Positions 12,044-22,665 of a DNA stretch of 64,000 nt are shown here, in pieces; position 1 is the first letter of the stretch, and each line of letters starts with the position of its first letter. Source of the stretch: an uncultured Streptococcus sp. (GTDB lineage Bacteria > Bacillota > Bacilli > Lactobacillales > Streptococcaceae). A program made the position numbers and the translations under genes. The stretch is taken from assembly GCA_963517545.1 (NCBI GenBank), contig CAUQGR010000001.1, positions 12,584-76,583 of the forward strand. Direction: 5' to 3'. The notes beneath the pieces were generated by a model that worked only from the letters and a program-made list of their open reading frames with translations, ran no database searches and was not told the DNA's origin.

Positions 12044-12340
12044 TCAAAGCATTTTAAAGAGCTCTCCATACATGAGCGCAGAAGCTGCGGTCCCTCTGTA
12101 CTTGGCTTCTTCTCTTTTAATAAAACGAGCTAAGTTTATCAATTCAGGTGCCGGGTGTTTGGGGTTTAGGAGCAATTCATGATTGACCAGACCTGAGAGA
12201 CGGACTGCCAGCAATTGCTCATTTGTAGCAGGCAGTTTTTTAGCAGTCTCTAGGAGAGCAGCAACTAAATCTTCACTCAAATCATGTCGAGCATGATTGT
12301 AAAGATCTTTTACAAGGCTTTCTAGGTTTGGTTCTACCAT
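12044..12340 (-). CDS. Small helical protein, putative bacteriocin immunity protein (EntA-immunity-like)
   Basis: 98 aa predicted helical protein with GGAGG RBS; family call from recollection. Confidence 0.55.
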   Translation of the reverse strand: MVEPNLESLVKDLYNHARHDLSEDLVAALLETAKKLPATNEQLLAVRLSGLVNHELLLNPKHPAPELINLARFIKREEAKYRGTAASALMYGELFKML

Positions 12341-12359
12341 CCCTACCACCTCCTTAAGT

Positions 12360-13424
12360 TTAATAATTTTTAATCAAATCAACCGTTGAACGATCCAATT
12401 TTTTCACCAAGGCTTGTAAGAAAGCTTGCGCTTCTAGGAAGTCATCCATAGCATAAAGAGTTTGGTGAGAGTGGATATAACGAGCGCAGACACCGATAGT
12501 TGTTGATGGGACACCACCATTTTTCAGATGAGCTGCGCCAGCGTCTGTTCCACCTTTACCACAGTAGTATTGGTACTTGATACCAGCTTCTTCAGCCGTT
12601 GTCAAAAGGAAATCCTTCATCCCTGGGAGAAGCAAGTGACCTGGGTCATAGAAACGAATCAAGGTTCCATCCCCAATCTTGCCTTGGCCACCATAAACAT
12701 CACCAGCAGGTGAGCAATCAACTGCTAGGAAGACTTCTGGGTCAAACTTAGTTGTAGAAGTATGAGCGCCACGGAGACCAACTTCTTCTTGGACATTAGA
12801 GCCAAGATAGAGTTCATTTCCGAGTTTTTGACCTGATAAAGCTTCAGCTAGCTCGCTCACCATAAGAACCCCGTAGCGATTGTCCCAAGCTTTTGAGATG
12901 ATATTTCTTTCATTGGCTGTCAAGATAGCAGAGCTATCAGGGACAATGGTATCACCAGGACGGGTGCCAAAGCTTTCTGCCTCAGCCTTGTCCGCAAAAC
13001 CACCATCAAAAACGATATCGGCAATGGCTGGCATGGTTGGTCCACCCTTTCCACGAGTCAAATGTGGAGGAACAGAGCCTGAAATCACTGGAATTTCACG
13101 ACCATCACGAGTCAATAGTTTGAAACGTTGGCTGCTGACCACCATAGGATTCCAACCACCGATTTCTACGACACGGAAGGTACCGTCTGGCTTGATTTCG
13201 CTAACCATAAAACCAACTTCATCCATGTGAGAAGCGACCAAGATGCGCGGTGCATCGGCAACTTCTGAATGCTTGATACCAAAAATACCACCCAAGCCAT
13301 CTGTTACGACTTCATCCACATGCGGTGTCAATTTTTCACGAAGATAAGCACGGACAGGCGCTTCATGACCTGAGATCGCAGCAAGTTCTGTTACTTCTTT
13401 GATTTTTGAAAATAATGTTGTCAT
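12360..13424 (-). CDS. pepA: Glutamyl aminopeptidase (M42)
   Basis: SHMDEVGF, KAWDNR, QEEVGLRGA and RYIHS motifs. Confidence 0.93.
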   Translation of the reverse strand: MTTLFSKIKEVTELAAISGHEAPVRAYLREKLTPHVDEVVTDGLGGIFGIKHSEVADAPRILVASHMDEVGFMVSEIKPDGTFRVVEIGGWNPMVVSSQRFKLLTRDGREIPVISGSVPPHLTRGKGGPTMPAIADIVFDGGFADKAEAESFGTRPGDTIVPDSSAILTANERNIISKAWDNRYGVLMVSELAEALSGQKLGNELYLGSNVQEEVGLRGAHTSTTKFDPEVFLAVDCSPAGDVYGGQGKIGDGTLIRFYDPGHLLLPGMKDFLLTTAEEAGIKYQYYCGKGGTDAGAAHLKNGGVPSTTIGVCARYIHSHQTLYAMDDFLEAQAFLQALVKKLDRSTVDLIKNY

Positions 13425-13644
13425 TTCAGTTCCTTCTTTCTTTCATCCATTTTACCACTTTTTATAGGAGAAGGATAGTGGGAAGGTGGATTTCTAAATT
13501 AGTATCTTAGTCTTACTGCATCTTAGAAAAGCTTGTATTTTCTTGCATGTGAGGTGAAATCTAAGAACTATTCCAAGACCAACCAAACTATTAATTCCCA
13601 AACACAAAACAATTCAATGCTATATTTGTTCAGTTTTTTCATGA

Positions 13645-13689
13645 AATTTGCAGAAAATAGTTGACTTCACCTTCTTATTTCTTTAAAAT
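13645..13689 (+). promoter_or_regulatory. Promoter with CodY-like box upstream of the galE-like gene
   Basis: AATTTGCAGAAAATA (2 mismatches to AATTTTCWGAAAATT) directly before TTGACT-N17-TAAAAT. Confidence 0.55.
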
Positions 13690-13717
13690 AGTACAAAACT
13701 AGGAAAAGGAAAAAATC

Positions 13718-14716
13718 ATGACCAAAACAATTCTTGTTACAGGTGGAGCTGGCTACATTGGCTCCCATACCGTTAAAGCTCTTTTAAATGCTGGCTATCA
13801 GGTGCATGTCCTCGATAATCTCTCTACAGGAAATCGTTCGGCTGTGGATAGTCGTGCTAGCTTTAAACAACTGGATGTTTATGATGCTAGTGCCCTAAAA
13901 GCTTACTTAGAAGAAAATCAAATTGATGCTGTTCTGCATTGTGCAGGTGAAATTGTTGTGAGCGAAAGTATTGAAAACCCAAGCAAATACTTCACTGCTA
14001 ATGTTGCTGGTATGAACCAAGTTCTCAAAGTCTTATCTGAAGTTGGCATTCAAAAAATCATGTTCTCTTCGACTGCTTCCCTCTATGGTAATAACTGTAT
14101 TGACAAGCCAGCAACTGAAGATACCCTGCTCGACCCTGTCAACCCTTATGCAGAGACAAAACTGATGGGTGAACGAATGATTTACTGGATGGCCAATCGC
14201 TACGACTGGAAATATGTCATTTTCCGTTACTTTAATGTAGCTGGGGCTGAAATGGATGCTTCAAACGGTCTGCGTGTGAAAAATCCAACTCACATCATCC
14301 CTAACATCAACAAGACTGCATTGGGACAAAATGAGAGTCTAAAAATATTTGGAGATGACTACGATACACGTGACGGTTCATGTATTCGGGATTACATTCA
14401 TGTCTTGGATCTTGCACAGGCCCATGTTAAAGGAATGAACTACCTCTTTCAAGGAAACAGTTCTTCTCAAATCTTTAACCTAGGAACTGAAAAAGGCTAT
14501 ACTGTCAAAGAAATCTTTAAAACTGCTGAAGAACTACTAAACCAAAAAATTCCACACGAAATTGTTGCTCGTCGTGCAGGTGATCCGGCTAGCGTCCTAG
14601 CAGATGCATCAAAAGCTAAACAATTTCTTAACTGGCAGGCTAGCTACTCCCTCGAAGATATTATTTTATCAGACTATCGTTGGCGAGTTAAAGAGGGTAA
14701 AAATATTTTAGAATAG
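13718..14716 (+). CDS. galE: UDP-glucose 4-epimerase family protein
   Basis: GGAGYIGSH, YxxxK (YAETK) and FRYFNVAGA motifs. Confidence 0.88.
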   Translation: MTKTILVTGGAGYIGSHTVKALLNAGYQVHVLDNLSTGNRSAVDSRASFKQLDVYDASALKAYLEENQIDAVLHCAGEIVVSESIENPSKYFTANVAGMNQVLKVLSEVGIQKIMFSSTASLYGNNCIDKPATEDTLLDPVNPYAETKLMGERMIYWMANRYDWKYVIFRYFNVAGAEMDASNGLRVKNPTHIIPNINKTALGQNESLKIFGDDYDTRDGSCIRDYIHVLDLAQAHVKGMNYLFQGNSSSQIFNLGTEKGYTVKEIFKTAEELLNQKIPHEIVARRAGDPASVLADASKAKQFLNWQASYSLEDIILSDYRWRVKEGKNILE

Positions 14717-14764
14717 AAAAACAGAGGAGAAAGCCTTTTTGCTCTCTCCTTGTTTTATTCATTA

Positions 14765-14787
14765 AATTGTCAGAAAATTTATTGACA
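14765..14787 (+). promoter_or_regulatory. CodY box and -35 of the piu operon
   Basis: AATTGTCAGAAAATT (1 mismatch) immediately before TTGACA. Confidence 0.8.
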
Positions 14788-14859
14788 GATTAAAGAAATC
14801 GTGTTACAGTAATATCCGCAGGTATCTTTCGATACCAAATCTACATGAAAGGACGGGGT

Positions 14860-15819
14860 ATGAAACTTTCTCATTATTTAATTGGCTTACTTCTACTCCT
14901 AGTCTTTCTCTCTATTAGCATTGGAACCAGTGATTTTTCATGGGGAAAGCTTTTTGCTCTGGATCATGAAACTTGGCTTCTCTTTCAAGAGTCACGTCTT
15001 CCAAGGACGATTAGCATTCTCCTAACTGCCTCTAGTATGAGTATGGCAGGACTTCTCATGCAGACTATTACCCAAAATCAGTTTGCTGCTCCAAGCACAG
15101 TTGGGACCACTGAAGCCGCCAAACTAGGAATGGTACTGAGCCTCTTTGTTTTTCCTGCAGCTAGTCTGACCCAAAAGATGCTCTTTGCTTTTGTTTCCTC
15201 CATCTTATTTACCCTCTTCTTTCTGGCCTTTATGACTATTTTTACCGTAAAGGAAAGGTGGATGTTGCCCTTGATTGGGATCATCTATAGTGGGATTATC
15301 GGTTCTATCACAGAAGTTATCGCCTATAGGTTCAATTTGGTTCAGAGTATGACCGCTTGGACCCAGGGGTCGTTCTCCATGATTCAGACCCATCAGTATG
15401 AGTGGCTCTTCTTAGGCCTCATTATCCTGATTGCCGTTTGGAAATTGTCCCAAACCTTTACCATCATGAATCTAGGGAAAGAAACCAGCGAGAGTTTGGG
15501 GATTTCCTACTCCCTGCTTGAAAAACTGGCCCTCTTTCTGGTTGCGCTAACGACAAGTGTCACCATGATTACCGTGGGTGGCTTGCCATTTCTCGGGGTC
15601 ATCGTTCCCAATCTGGTTCGCAAGCGCTATGGATATAATCTGAGCCAAACCAAGCTCATGGTCGCACTGGTCGGTGCCAATCTAGTTCTGGCCTGCGATA
15701 TCTTATCTCGAGTCTTGATTCGACCCTATGAGCTGTCTGTCAGCCTCTTGCTAGGAATCATCGGTAGCCTCGTCTTTATCCTACTTCTATGGAGAGGGGG
15801 ACGAAAAGATGCAGTCTAA
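14860..15819 (+). CDS. piuB: Iron-siderophore ABC permease (FatD-like)
   Basis: SRLPR and QNQFAAPST FecCD-family motifs. Confidence 0.9.
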   Translation: MKLSHYLIGLLLLLVFLSISIGTSDFSWGKLFALDHETWLLFQESRLPRTISILLTASSMSMAGLLMQTITQNQFAAPSTVGTTEAAKLGMVLSLFVFPAASLTQKMLFAFVSSILFTLFFLAFMTIFTVKERWMLPLIGIIYSGIIGSITEVIAYRFNLVQSMTAWTQGSFSMIQTHQYEWLFLGLIILIAVWKLSQTFTIMNLGKETSESLGISYSLLEKLALFLVALTTSVTMITVGGLPFLGVIVPNLVRKRYGYNLSQTKLMVALVGANLVLACDILSRVLIRPYELSVSLLLGIIGSLVFILLLWRGGRKDAV

Positions 15820-16765
15820 AAGCAAACATAGCAAGCTCTTCTGGCTTCTCATTATTCTGGCCATCGGAGCTTGTCTCCTCTACTTTTGGCCTATCACCCA
15901 GCTGTCTGCCTTTGCTTGGAAGTTGCGTTCACAAAAGATAGTTGTTTATCTCTTGGTAGCTATCGCGACAGGGATTTCGACCATTAGTTTTCAAACCCTG
16001 ACGGAAAATCGCTTCCTGACACCTAGTATTTTAGGAATTGAATCCTTCTATGTTCTACTACAAACCCTGCTACTAGTTTTTGAAAGCAAATTTCTTCAAC
16101 TTGGGAAGTCTCCTATCTTAGAATTTCTAGTCTTGCTTCTGCTTCAATCCCTCTTCTTTCTCGTCCTACAAGGCTACTTGAAGACACTAATGAAACAAGA
16201 CCTGGTCTTCATCCTGCTAATCTGTCTAGCCCTCGGAAGTCTCTTTCGGAATATCAGTACCTTCCTTCAGGTCCTGATGGATCCAAATGAATACGATAAA
16301 CTGCAAAACAGTCTCTTTGCCTCCTTTCAGCATCTCAACATTTCCATCCTAGCCATCGGTTCTCTGATCATCCTTGCTTTGACAATCTTTTTCTTTCGAA
16401 AAGCAGTCATTCTGGATGTCTTGCACCTGCAAAGAGAAACGGCTCAGATACTGGGACTCGATGTTGAAAAAGAACAGAGAGAACTCCTCTGGGGCATCGT
16501 GCTTTTGACCTCAACGGCCACTGCCTTGGTAGGGCCTATAGCCTTCTTCGGCTTTATGCTGGCCAATCTTACCTACCTGATTGTCAAAGATTATCGACAC
16601 AAGATGCTCTTTATCGTGGCTATTCTGATTGGATTTATTAGTTTGACCTTGGGACAAACCCTCATCGAACGAGTCTTTGCTCTGGAAATTCGCATCAGCA
16701 TGATCATTGAGAGTGTGGGTGGCTTCTTATTCTTTATCTTACTATACAGGAGGGCGCGTCAGTGA
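15809..16765 (+). CDS. piuC: Iron-siderophore ABC permease (FatC-like)
   Basis: FQTLTENRFLTPSILG motif. Confidence 0.9.
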   Translation: MQSKSKHSKLFWLLIILAIGACLLYFWPITQLSAFAWKLRSQKIVVYLLVAIATGISTISFQTLTENRFLTPSILGIESFYVLLQTLLLVFESKFLQLGKSPILEFLVLLLLQSLFFLVLQGYLKTLMKQDLVFILLICLALGSLFRNISTFLQVLMDPNEYDKLQNSLFASFQHLNISILAIGSLIILALTIFFFRKAVILDVLHLQRETAQILGLDVEKEQRELLWGIVLLTSTATALVGPIAFFGFMLANLTYLIVKDYRHKMLFIVAILIGFISLTLGQTLIERVFALEIRISMIIESVGGFLFFILLYRRARQ

Positions 16766-17514
16766 AACTGGAAAACATTGACAAATCCATTCAAAAACAG
16801 GATATTTTGCAAGGTATTTCACTTGAAGTCAGTCCTCAGAAACTGACAGCCTTCATTGGTCCAAATGGTGCTGGAAAATCGACTCTCCTCTCCATCATGA
16901 GCAGACTGACCAAGAAGGATCATGGAATCCTCAGTATCAAAGGTCGTGAAATCGAGAGCTGGAATTCACAAGAACTGGCCAAAGAACTGACTATCCTAAA
17001 GCAGAAGATCAATTACCAAGCCAAATTGACCGTTGAAGAACTGGTCAGCTTTGGACGTTTTCCCTACAGTAGAGGACGTCTGAGAGCAGAAGACTGGGAA
17101 AAAATCCGAGAAACTCTGGACTATCTGGAACTGACCAACTTAAAAGACCGCTACATCGATAGCCTGTCTGGCGGACAGCTGCAACGTGTCTTTATCGCTA
17201 TGGTCCTAGCCCAGGATACGGACTTTATCTTACTAGACGAACCGCTCAACAATCTCGATATCAAGCAAAGCGTCAGCATGATGCAGATTCTTCGGCGACT
17301 GGTGGAAGAACTCGGAAAGACCATTATCATTGTCCTTCACGATATCAACATGGCCAGCCAGTATGCAGATGAAATTGTCGCCTTCAAGGACGGTCAAGTC
17401 TTTAGCAAGGGAACGACTGCTCAAATCATGCAGGTTGACCTGCTTAGTCAACTCTATGAGATTCCCATCACGCTGGCGGATATCAATGGCAAAAAGATCT
17501 GCATCTATAGCTAG
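16762..17514 (+). CDS. piuD: Iron-siderophore ABC ATPase
   Basis: GPNGAGKS, LSGGQ and LLDEP; GTG start. Confidence 0.92.
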   Translation: MKLENIDKSIQKQDILQGISLEVSPQKLTAFIGPNGAGKSTLLSIMSRLTKKDHGILSIKGREIESWNSQELAKELTILKQKINYQAKLTVEELVSFGRFPYSRGRLRAEDWEKIRETLDYLELTNLKDRYIDSLSGGQLQRVFIAMVLAQDTDFILLDEPLNNLDIKQSVSMMQILRRLVEELGKTIIIVLHDINMASQYADEIVAFKDGQVFSKGTTAQIMQVDLLSQLYEIPITLADINGKKICIYS

Positions 17515-17609
17515 CAACTCAGAAACTCGAGTTAGAAGAAACTTTGTCTCTTAGTCAATAAAACCTAGAGACTCCCTAAATCGTTATCACATTTTAAAAA
17601 GGAGAAATC

Positions 17610-18581
17610 ATGAAAACATCCCTTAAACTTTACCTCACTGCCCTAATAGCTAGTTTCTTGCTCCTACTTGGTGCATGTAGTACAAACACAAACTCAAGCA
17701 CTAGTAAGTCGGAAACAAGCAGCTCTGCTCCAACAGAAGTGACTATTAAAAGCTCACTAGACGAAGTCAAACTTTCAAAAGTTCCTGAAAAAATTGTTAC
17801 CTTTGACCTCGGTGCTGCGGATACTATTCGCGCTTTAGGTTTTGAAAAGAATATCGTGGGAATGCCTACAAAAACAGTACCAACCTATCTCAAAGACCTA
17901 GCTGGAAAAGTTAAAAATGTTGGTTCTATGGTTGAGCCAGACCTAGAAGCCCTTGCTGCTCTTGAACCAGACCTAATTATCGCTTCACCACGTACCCAAA
18001 AATTCGTAGATAAGTTCAACGAAATCGCTCCGACTGTTCTCTTCCAAGCAGGCAAAGATGACTACTGGACTTCTACCAAGACTAATATCGAATCCCTAGC
18101 AAGCGCCTTCAGCGAAACAGGTACACAGAAAGCCAAGGAAGAATTGGCCAAGCTTGACAAGAGCATTCAAGAAGTCGCAACTAAAAATGAAAGTTCTGAC
18201 AAAAAAGCCCTTGCCATCCTCCTCAACGAGGGAAAAATGGCAGCCTTTGGTGCCCAATCTCGTTTCGCTTTCTTGTACCAAACCTTGAAATTCAAGCCAA
18301 CAGATACTCAATTTGAAGACTCTCGCCACGGACAAGAAGTCAGCTTTGAAAGTGTCAAAGAAATCAATCCTGACATCCTTTTTGTCATCAACCGTACCCT
18401 TGCCATCGGTGGCGACAATTCTAGCAACGATGGCGTCCTAGAAAATGCCCTCATCGCTGAAACTCCTGCCGCTAAAAATGGTAAAATTATCCAACTCACA
18501 CCAGACCTCTGGTATCTAAGTGGAGGCGGTCTTGAATCAACAAAACTCATGATTGAAGACGCACAAAAAGCCTTGAAATAA
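17610..18581 (+). CDS. piuA: Catechol-siderophore-binding lipoprotein
   Basis: Lipobox LGAC; SRHGQ and LWYLSGGG (CeuE/FatB-type). Confidence 0.92.
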   Translation: MKTSLKLYLTALIASFLLLLGACSTNTNSSTSKSETSSSAPTEVTIKSSLDEVKLSKVPEKIVTFDLGAADTIRALGFEKNIVGMPTKTVPTYLKDLAGKVKNVGSMVEPDLEALAALEPDLIIASPRTQKFVDKFNEIAPTVLFQAGKDDYWTSTKTNIESLASAFSETGTQKAKEELAKLDKSIQEVATKNESSDKKALAILLNEGKMAAFGAQSRFAFLYQTLKFKPTDTQFEDSRHGQEVSFESVKEINPDILFVINRTLAIGGDNSSNDGVLENALIAETPAAKNGKIIQLTPDLWYLSGGGLESTKLMIEDAQKALK

Positions 18582-18609
18582 GCTACTTTAAACTCAATCA
18601 CATCTTTAC

Positions 18610-18666
18610 ATGATAAAACGCATCCTATCAAGCTTTTTAAGACCTTATAGGATGCGTTTTTATCAT
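18610..18666. terminator. Bidirectional terminator between piuA and yidD
   Basis: 14-bp perfect stem AAAACGCATCCTAT/ATAGGATGCGTTTT. Confidence 0.75.
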
Positions 18667-18687
18667 TTTGAAACCTTTTGCCCAACC

Positions 18688-18930
18688 TCATTTTCCTTCT
18701 TGATTCCGTTTAAGAGAAAAGTGGTCTGGGACGGGGTCCTTACCTGTTTTCGACCAGGGATGACAACGTAAAATCCGAACCAAGCCCATCAAGACACCCT
18801 TAAAGCCATGTTTTTCAATAGCCTGAATCATGTAATTTGAACAAGTCGGCTCAAAGCGACAAGAGGGGGGAAAGACTGGCGAGATAAACCGTTGGTAAAA
18901 GCGCACAGGCGCTATTAAAATTCGTTTCAT
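18688..18930 (-). CDS. yidD: Membrane protein insertion efficiency factor YidD
   Basis: [10 protein letters not shown]...RILRCHP motif. Confidence 0.95.
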   Translation of the reverse strand: MKRILIAPVRFYQRFISPVFPPSCRFEPTCSNYMIQAIEKHGFKGVLMGLVRILRCHPWSKTGKDPVPDHFSLKRNQEGK

Positions 18931-19652
18931 TATTTCTTAGTTACAGCCATGGTGTGTAGTTGGCTGATTTCTTTTTTGTTAAGACGGCGGGATTCACCTG
19001 GACGAAGACCCGTCAAGTCTAGATGTCCAAAACGTGTCCGCGACAACTTATCTACTTGAAGACCAACAGCTTCAAACATCTTTTTAACCTGGTGGTTACG
19101 CCCTTCATGGATGGTCAACTGCACTACTGAGCGATTTTTAACTGGATCCACTTTGAGAATTTCATAAACAGCTGGCTTGGTTTTCTTACCATCAATCTCA
19201 AGTCCACGGGTCAAGGGACGGAGATTGTCCTTATTGGCCACACCTTTAACACGCGCGACATAGACCTTGTCAATCTCATTACGGGGGTGAATCATCTCAT
19301 CCGTAAAGTCTCCATCATTGGTCAAAATCAAAACACCTGATGTATCCCAGTCCAAACGTCCAACTGGGTAAATACGCTCTTTTACATTTGGCAAGAGATC
19401 CACAACCGTCTTACGACCCTTATCATCTGTCACACTGGAAATCACACCGCGTGGTTTGTTAAGCAGATAGTAGACCTTTTCTTCGTTGTAGATTGGTTGG
19501 CCTTCCACTTCGACCTTATCACCTGACTTAATGGTTGTTGCTAGTTCACGTACCACTTGGCCATTGACCGTCACCAAGCCTTGCTTGATCAACTCTTCTG
19601 CTTTTCTCCTACTGGCCACACCTGCGTGGGCAATATACTTATTGATTCTCAT
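18930..19652 (-). CDS. rluB: 23S rRNA pseudouridine synthase (RluB-like)
   Basis: S4 domain plus GRLD catalytic motif. Confidence 0.9.
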   Translation of the reverse strand: MRINKYIAHAGVASRRKAEELIKQGLVTVNGQVVRELATTIKSGDKVEVEGQPIYNEEKVYYLLNKPRGVISSVTDDKGRKTVVDLLPNVKERIYPVGRLDWDTSGVLILTNDGDFTDEMIHPRNEIDKVYVARVKGVANKDNLRPLTRGLEIDGKKTKPAVYEILKVDPVKNRSVVQLTIHEGRNHQVKKMFEAVGLQVDKLSRTRFGHLDLTGLRPGESRRLNKKEISQLHTMAVTKK

Positions 19653-20208
19653 CTTCTTCTATCCTTTCACCAAATAATTGGCTTTCTTGAGCTTGAATCT
19701 CAAGCTCATCAATCACTGGTAATTCTTCCAAATGGTTTATTCCCATGTAATCTAGGAAATAATCCGTAGTCACATAGAGGTTGGGGCGACCCAACACTTC
19801 TTTTTTCCCGTCTTCTTTAATCAAGTCAAAAGCCTGCAACTTTGCCAAAGCCCCACTCGAGTTGACCCCACGAATGGCATCAATCTCTATCCGTGTGATG
19901 GGTTGCTTGTAGGCAACGATGGACAAGGTCTCAAGGGCAGCCCGAGACAAGCTCTGGTTAATAGGTGCCTTAGAATATTCCTTCAAAACCTCTGAAAACT
20001 GAGGCTTGGTCACCAATCTGTAGGCCGTCCCTGTCTCAATCAGAGCCAAACTGGAATCTGGGTCATTTTCATACTTCTGGGCTAATTTTTCTAAACTCTG
20101 TTGGATACCTGTCGATGGCAGAGAGAGGAGTTCAGCTAACTGGCGGACCCTAATCCCATCTTCACCCGCTACAAACAAGAGCGCTTCTATTTTTGCTAAA
20201 GTACTCAT
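19639..20208 (-). CDS. scpB: SMC-Scp complex subunit ScpB
   Basis: [15 protein letters not shown]...IRGV motif. Confidence 0.96.
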   Translation of the reverse strand: MSTLAKIEALLFVAGEDGIRVRQLAELLSLPSTGIQQSLEKLAQKYENDPDSSLALIETGTAYRLVTKPQFSEVLKEYSKAPINQSLSRAALETLSIVAYKQPITRIEIDAIRGVNSSGALAKLQAFDLIKEDGKKEVLGRPNLYVTTDYFLDYMGINHLEELPVIDELEIQAQESQLFGERIEEDENQ

Positions 20209-20226
20209 CTTTCCTCTCTATCAAGT

Positions 20227-20955
20227 CTAGCTTTGGGCCACTTGACTTTCTTCCTTCTTTTCCATGAGATAGATATCTCCGAAACTCTCCTCTTGCACAA
20301 GAATCAGCTCCTGGGTTTTGATTAACTCTAGGGTTGCCAAAAAAAGGGTAATGACCTCTTGGACATTCTGGGCTTCCTTGAACAAATCCTGTAAGCGCAA
20401 CTGATCTCGTCCAACCAAGGACTCTTTTACGATAACCATCATATCCTCAATCTTATACTCATCCCGCAAGATAGTCGTGTGATTTTGTGCAAACTCCTCT
20501 TTTTTCTTGGCTAGGATATTTGAAAAAGCCAAAAAGAGGTCAATGGTCGTCTTGTCATGCACAAGCTCCGCATCTTCGTAAATCAACTCTGTCGGCGCTT
20601 TAGAATAATACTGGGCCCGTTCTTGGTGCTTGGCTTCCAAGTGCTCACCCAAGAGCTTGAACTTGCGGTATTCTTCGATTTGAGAGAGAAGATCCTGCTC
20701 TAGGTCATCCTCCAAGTCGGTCACTTCTGCTACCTTTGGAAGGAGTTTGCGGCTCTTGATCAGCATGAGCTGACTGGCCATAACCATGTACTCCCCCGTC
20801 ACTTCCAGACGCATGGCCTGCAGGGTTGAGACATAGGCTAGATACTGTTCGATGACTTCCGTAATAGGCACATCGTAGATATCCATCTGGTACTTAGAAA
20901 CCAGGTGCAAAAGCAAGTCCAGGTGCCCTTCAAAATCTTTTAATTTAATATCCAT
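20227..20955 (-). CDS. scpA: Segregation/condensation protein A (kleisin)
   Basis: FEGxLDLLL and FLATLEL motifs. Confidence 0.95.
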   Translation of the reverse strand: MDIKLKDFEGHLDLLLHLVSKYQMDIYDVPITEVIEQYLAYVSTLQAMRLEVTGEYMVMASQLMLIKSRKLLPKVAEVTDLEDDLEQDLLSQIEEYRKFKLLGEHLEAKHQERAQYYSKAPTELIYEDAELVHDKTTIDLFLAFSNILAKKKEEFAQNHTTILRDEYKIEDMMVIVKESLVGRDQLRLQDLFKEAQNVQEVITLFLATLELIKTQELILVQEESFGDIYLMEKKEESQVAQS

Positions 20956-21689
20956 TATCTATATTTTTCTAAGGTCAGGACTGTTTTTAATCCTAATTTT
21001 TTTGCAATTTCGTACAAATCGACCTTCTTTTCAATTTGTCTTAGAATAAACTGTTCCCGCAAGGCTTGGGCTGATAAGGCCGGAAAACCTTTCTCCTTGA
21101 CAAAGGATTCTAGCTGACGAAAGGCCCACTGACGAGAATAGGCTTTCCCTGCCCTTTCAAAGAGATAGGTCTGGCCCATCAAGGGTTCCAATTCTGAAAG
21201 CAAGGTTGTGGGAATGGTGACAATCCTCTGTTGGGAAGCCTTCTGGATTCTCAACACTTGAAAGTCCAGATTGATATCCGCAACCTTTAGAGCTAAAATC
21301 TCACTTGGCAAGAGTCCTATTTCCAAAATCAGGAGAGCTAGTAACCGTCCCTCTGGATAGTCGCTTTCCTGCCAAAAAGAGTCTAGCTCTAACAGCTCTG
21401 GCTTCTTGGTCTTCTTTTCAGCTTGTTTAGCTAATTCCAAACGATAAAAGCTGTCCACCTCTCCTTTTTGATAGAGAAAGTAGAGAAATTGGTTACAGGC
21501 TGACATCTTTCGCTTCTGGGCGCTGATTTTTAGATTGGCTAGCTGGGCTTGGTAAATCTTGAGACTGGTCTCAGAAATCCGCTCGCCCACAATGTCTAAA
21601 AATTGCTCCAGATCATACTTATAAGATTGCTTAGAATTAGTAGATAAGCCTTGCTTTTCCTCTAAAAAGGCTGAAATCCTGTCTCTCAT
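20955..21689 (-). CDS. xerD: XerD-like tyrosine recombinase (streptococcal, atypical active site)
   Basis: Integrase-like layout with C-terminal Tyr (LEKY); degenerate R-H-R-H motifs; conserved position before scpA. Confidence 0.85.
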   Translation of the reverse strand: MRDRISAFLEEKQGLSTNSKQSYKYDLEQFLDIVGERISETSLKIYQAQLANLKISAQKRKMSACNQFLYFLYQKGEVDSFYRLELAKQAEKKTKKPELLELDSFWQESDYPEGRLLALLILEIGLLPSEILALKVADINLDFQVLRIQKASQQRIVTIPTTLLSELEPLMGQTYLFERAGKAYSRQWAFRQLESFVKEKGFPALSAQALREQFILRQIEKKVDLYEIAKKLGLKTVLTLEKYR

Positions 21690-22147
21690 TTGCATCGAAT
21701 TTCATATTCCTTACTAAAGTCATGCAAGAGGGCATTGACAGCCTTGAGGATAGATTTACGCGTGATAATCCCTTGGAAAATACCTTCTGCGTCCACAACC
21801 GGTAAGAAGGACTCATCTACCAGCTTGTGCAAGACCTCCGTAATGGTAAAATCAGGCGAGACGACCGCTACGTCCGTTTTCGTCATATGAACGATATCCG
21901 TATCTGCCATGATTTCTTGACTCAAGTCATGCTCCATCTGATAAGCCATAATATCTCTGAGCCCAATCGTCCCAACAAACTGTTTTTCATCTGTTACAAC
22001 AGGAACACGGGTATAGGTCATCTGACTGAGCAAGAGGGTCGCATGATCCGCATTGTGGGTATCAATCAACACAGCTAGATTTTCAGCAGGGGTCAAAAAA
22101 GTTTCCTCTTGCCCCAACAAGAAAGTCTCAAACTCCTTGGCAATCAT
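21686..22147 (-). CDS. CBS-domain protein (CbpB/YkuL-like)
   Basis: Tandem CBS motifs; GIITRKSILKA. Confidence 0.85.
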   Translation of the reverse strand: MIAKEFETFLLGQEETFLTPAENLAVLIDTHNADHATLLLSQMTYTRVPVVTDEKQFVGTIGLRDIMAYQMEHDLSQEIMADTDIVHMTKTDVAVVSPDFTITEVLHKLVDESFLPVVDAEGIFQGIITRKSILKAVNALLHDFSKEYEIRCK

Positions 22148-22665
22148 CGGCTAAACTCCTTGGACAAGCCTGGATACACCTCATGGTCTCGTGTCAAAAA
22201 GTCGACTTTGAAGTAACTATCATCAATCTCCACACGAGCATAGAGACATTCTCTGATGGTCCCACGTGGTTGACTGATAGAACCTGGATTTAGAAAGAGG
22301 GTCTTGCCTTCCATCCAAGCACTTGGCACATGCAAGTGACCATAAAGACAGATATCGGCCTCTTCTTCCTGAGCCCAGTAGTCCAACTTTTGAAAGTTGA
22401 AATTGATGTCAAACAAGTGACCATGGGTTTGGATAATCTTGGTCGAACCAAGCTCAGTCACCAAACGTTCTGGGTAGCCGGCGTAGAAGTCCATGTTCCC
22501 TTTAACAACACGGATGCCTTCCCAAAGGGGAGAATCAGGACGCAGTTCAGAATCGCCGTTATGAAAAACGGCGTCAACTTTGCCCACATAGCGATCACGG
22601 ATTTCTTCCACAATCAAGCTATCGCCATGGGAATCGCTCATTACAATGATGGTTTGCTTTGCCAT
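22144..22665 (-). CDS. Metallophosphoesterase (YfcE/YsnB family)
   Basis: DSHG, GD, GNMD, HGH, GHLH and NPGS motifs. Confidence 0.92.
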   Translation of the reverse strand: MAKQTIIVMSDSHGDSLIVEEIRDRYVGKVDAVFHNGDSELRPDSPLWEGIRVVKGNMDFYAGYPERLVTELGSTKIIQTHGHLFDINFNFQKLDYWAQEEEADICLYGHLHVPSAWMEGKTLFLNPGSISQPRGTIRECLYARVEIDDSYFKVDFLTRDHEVYPGLSKEFSR

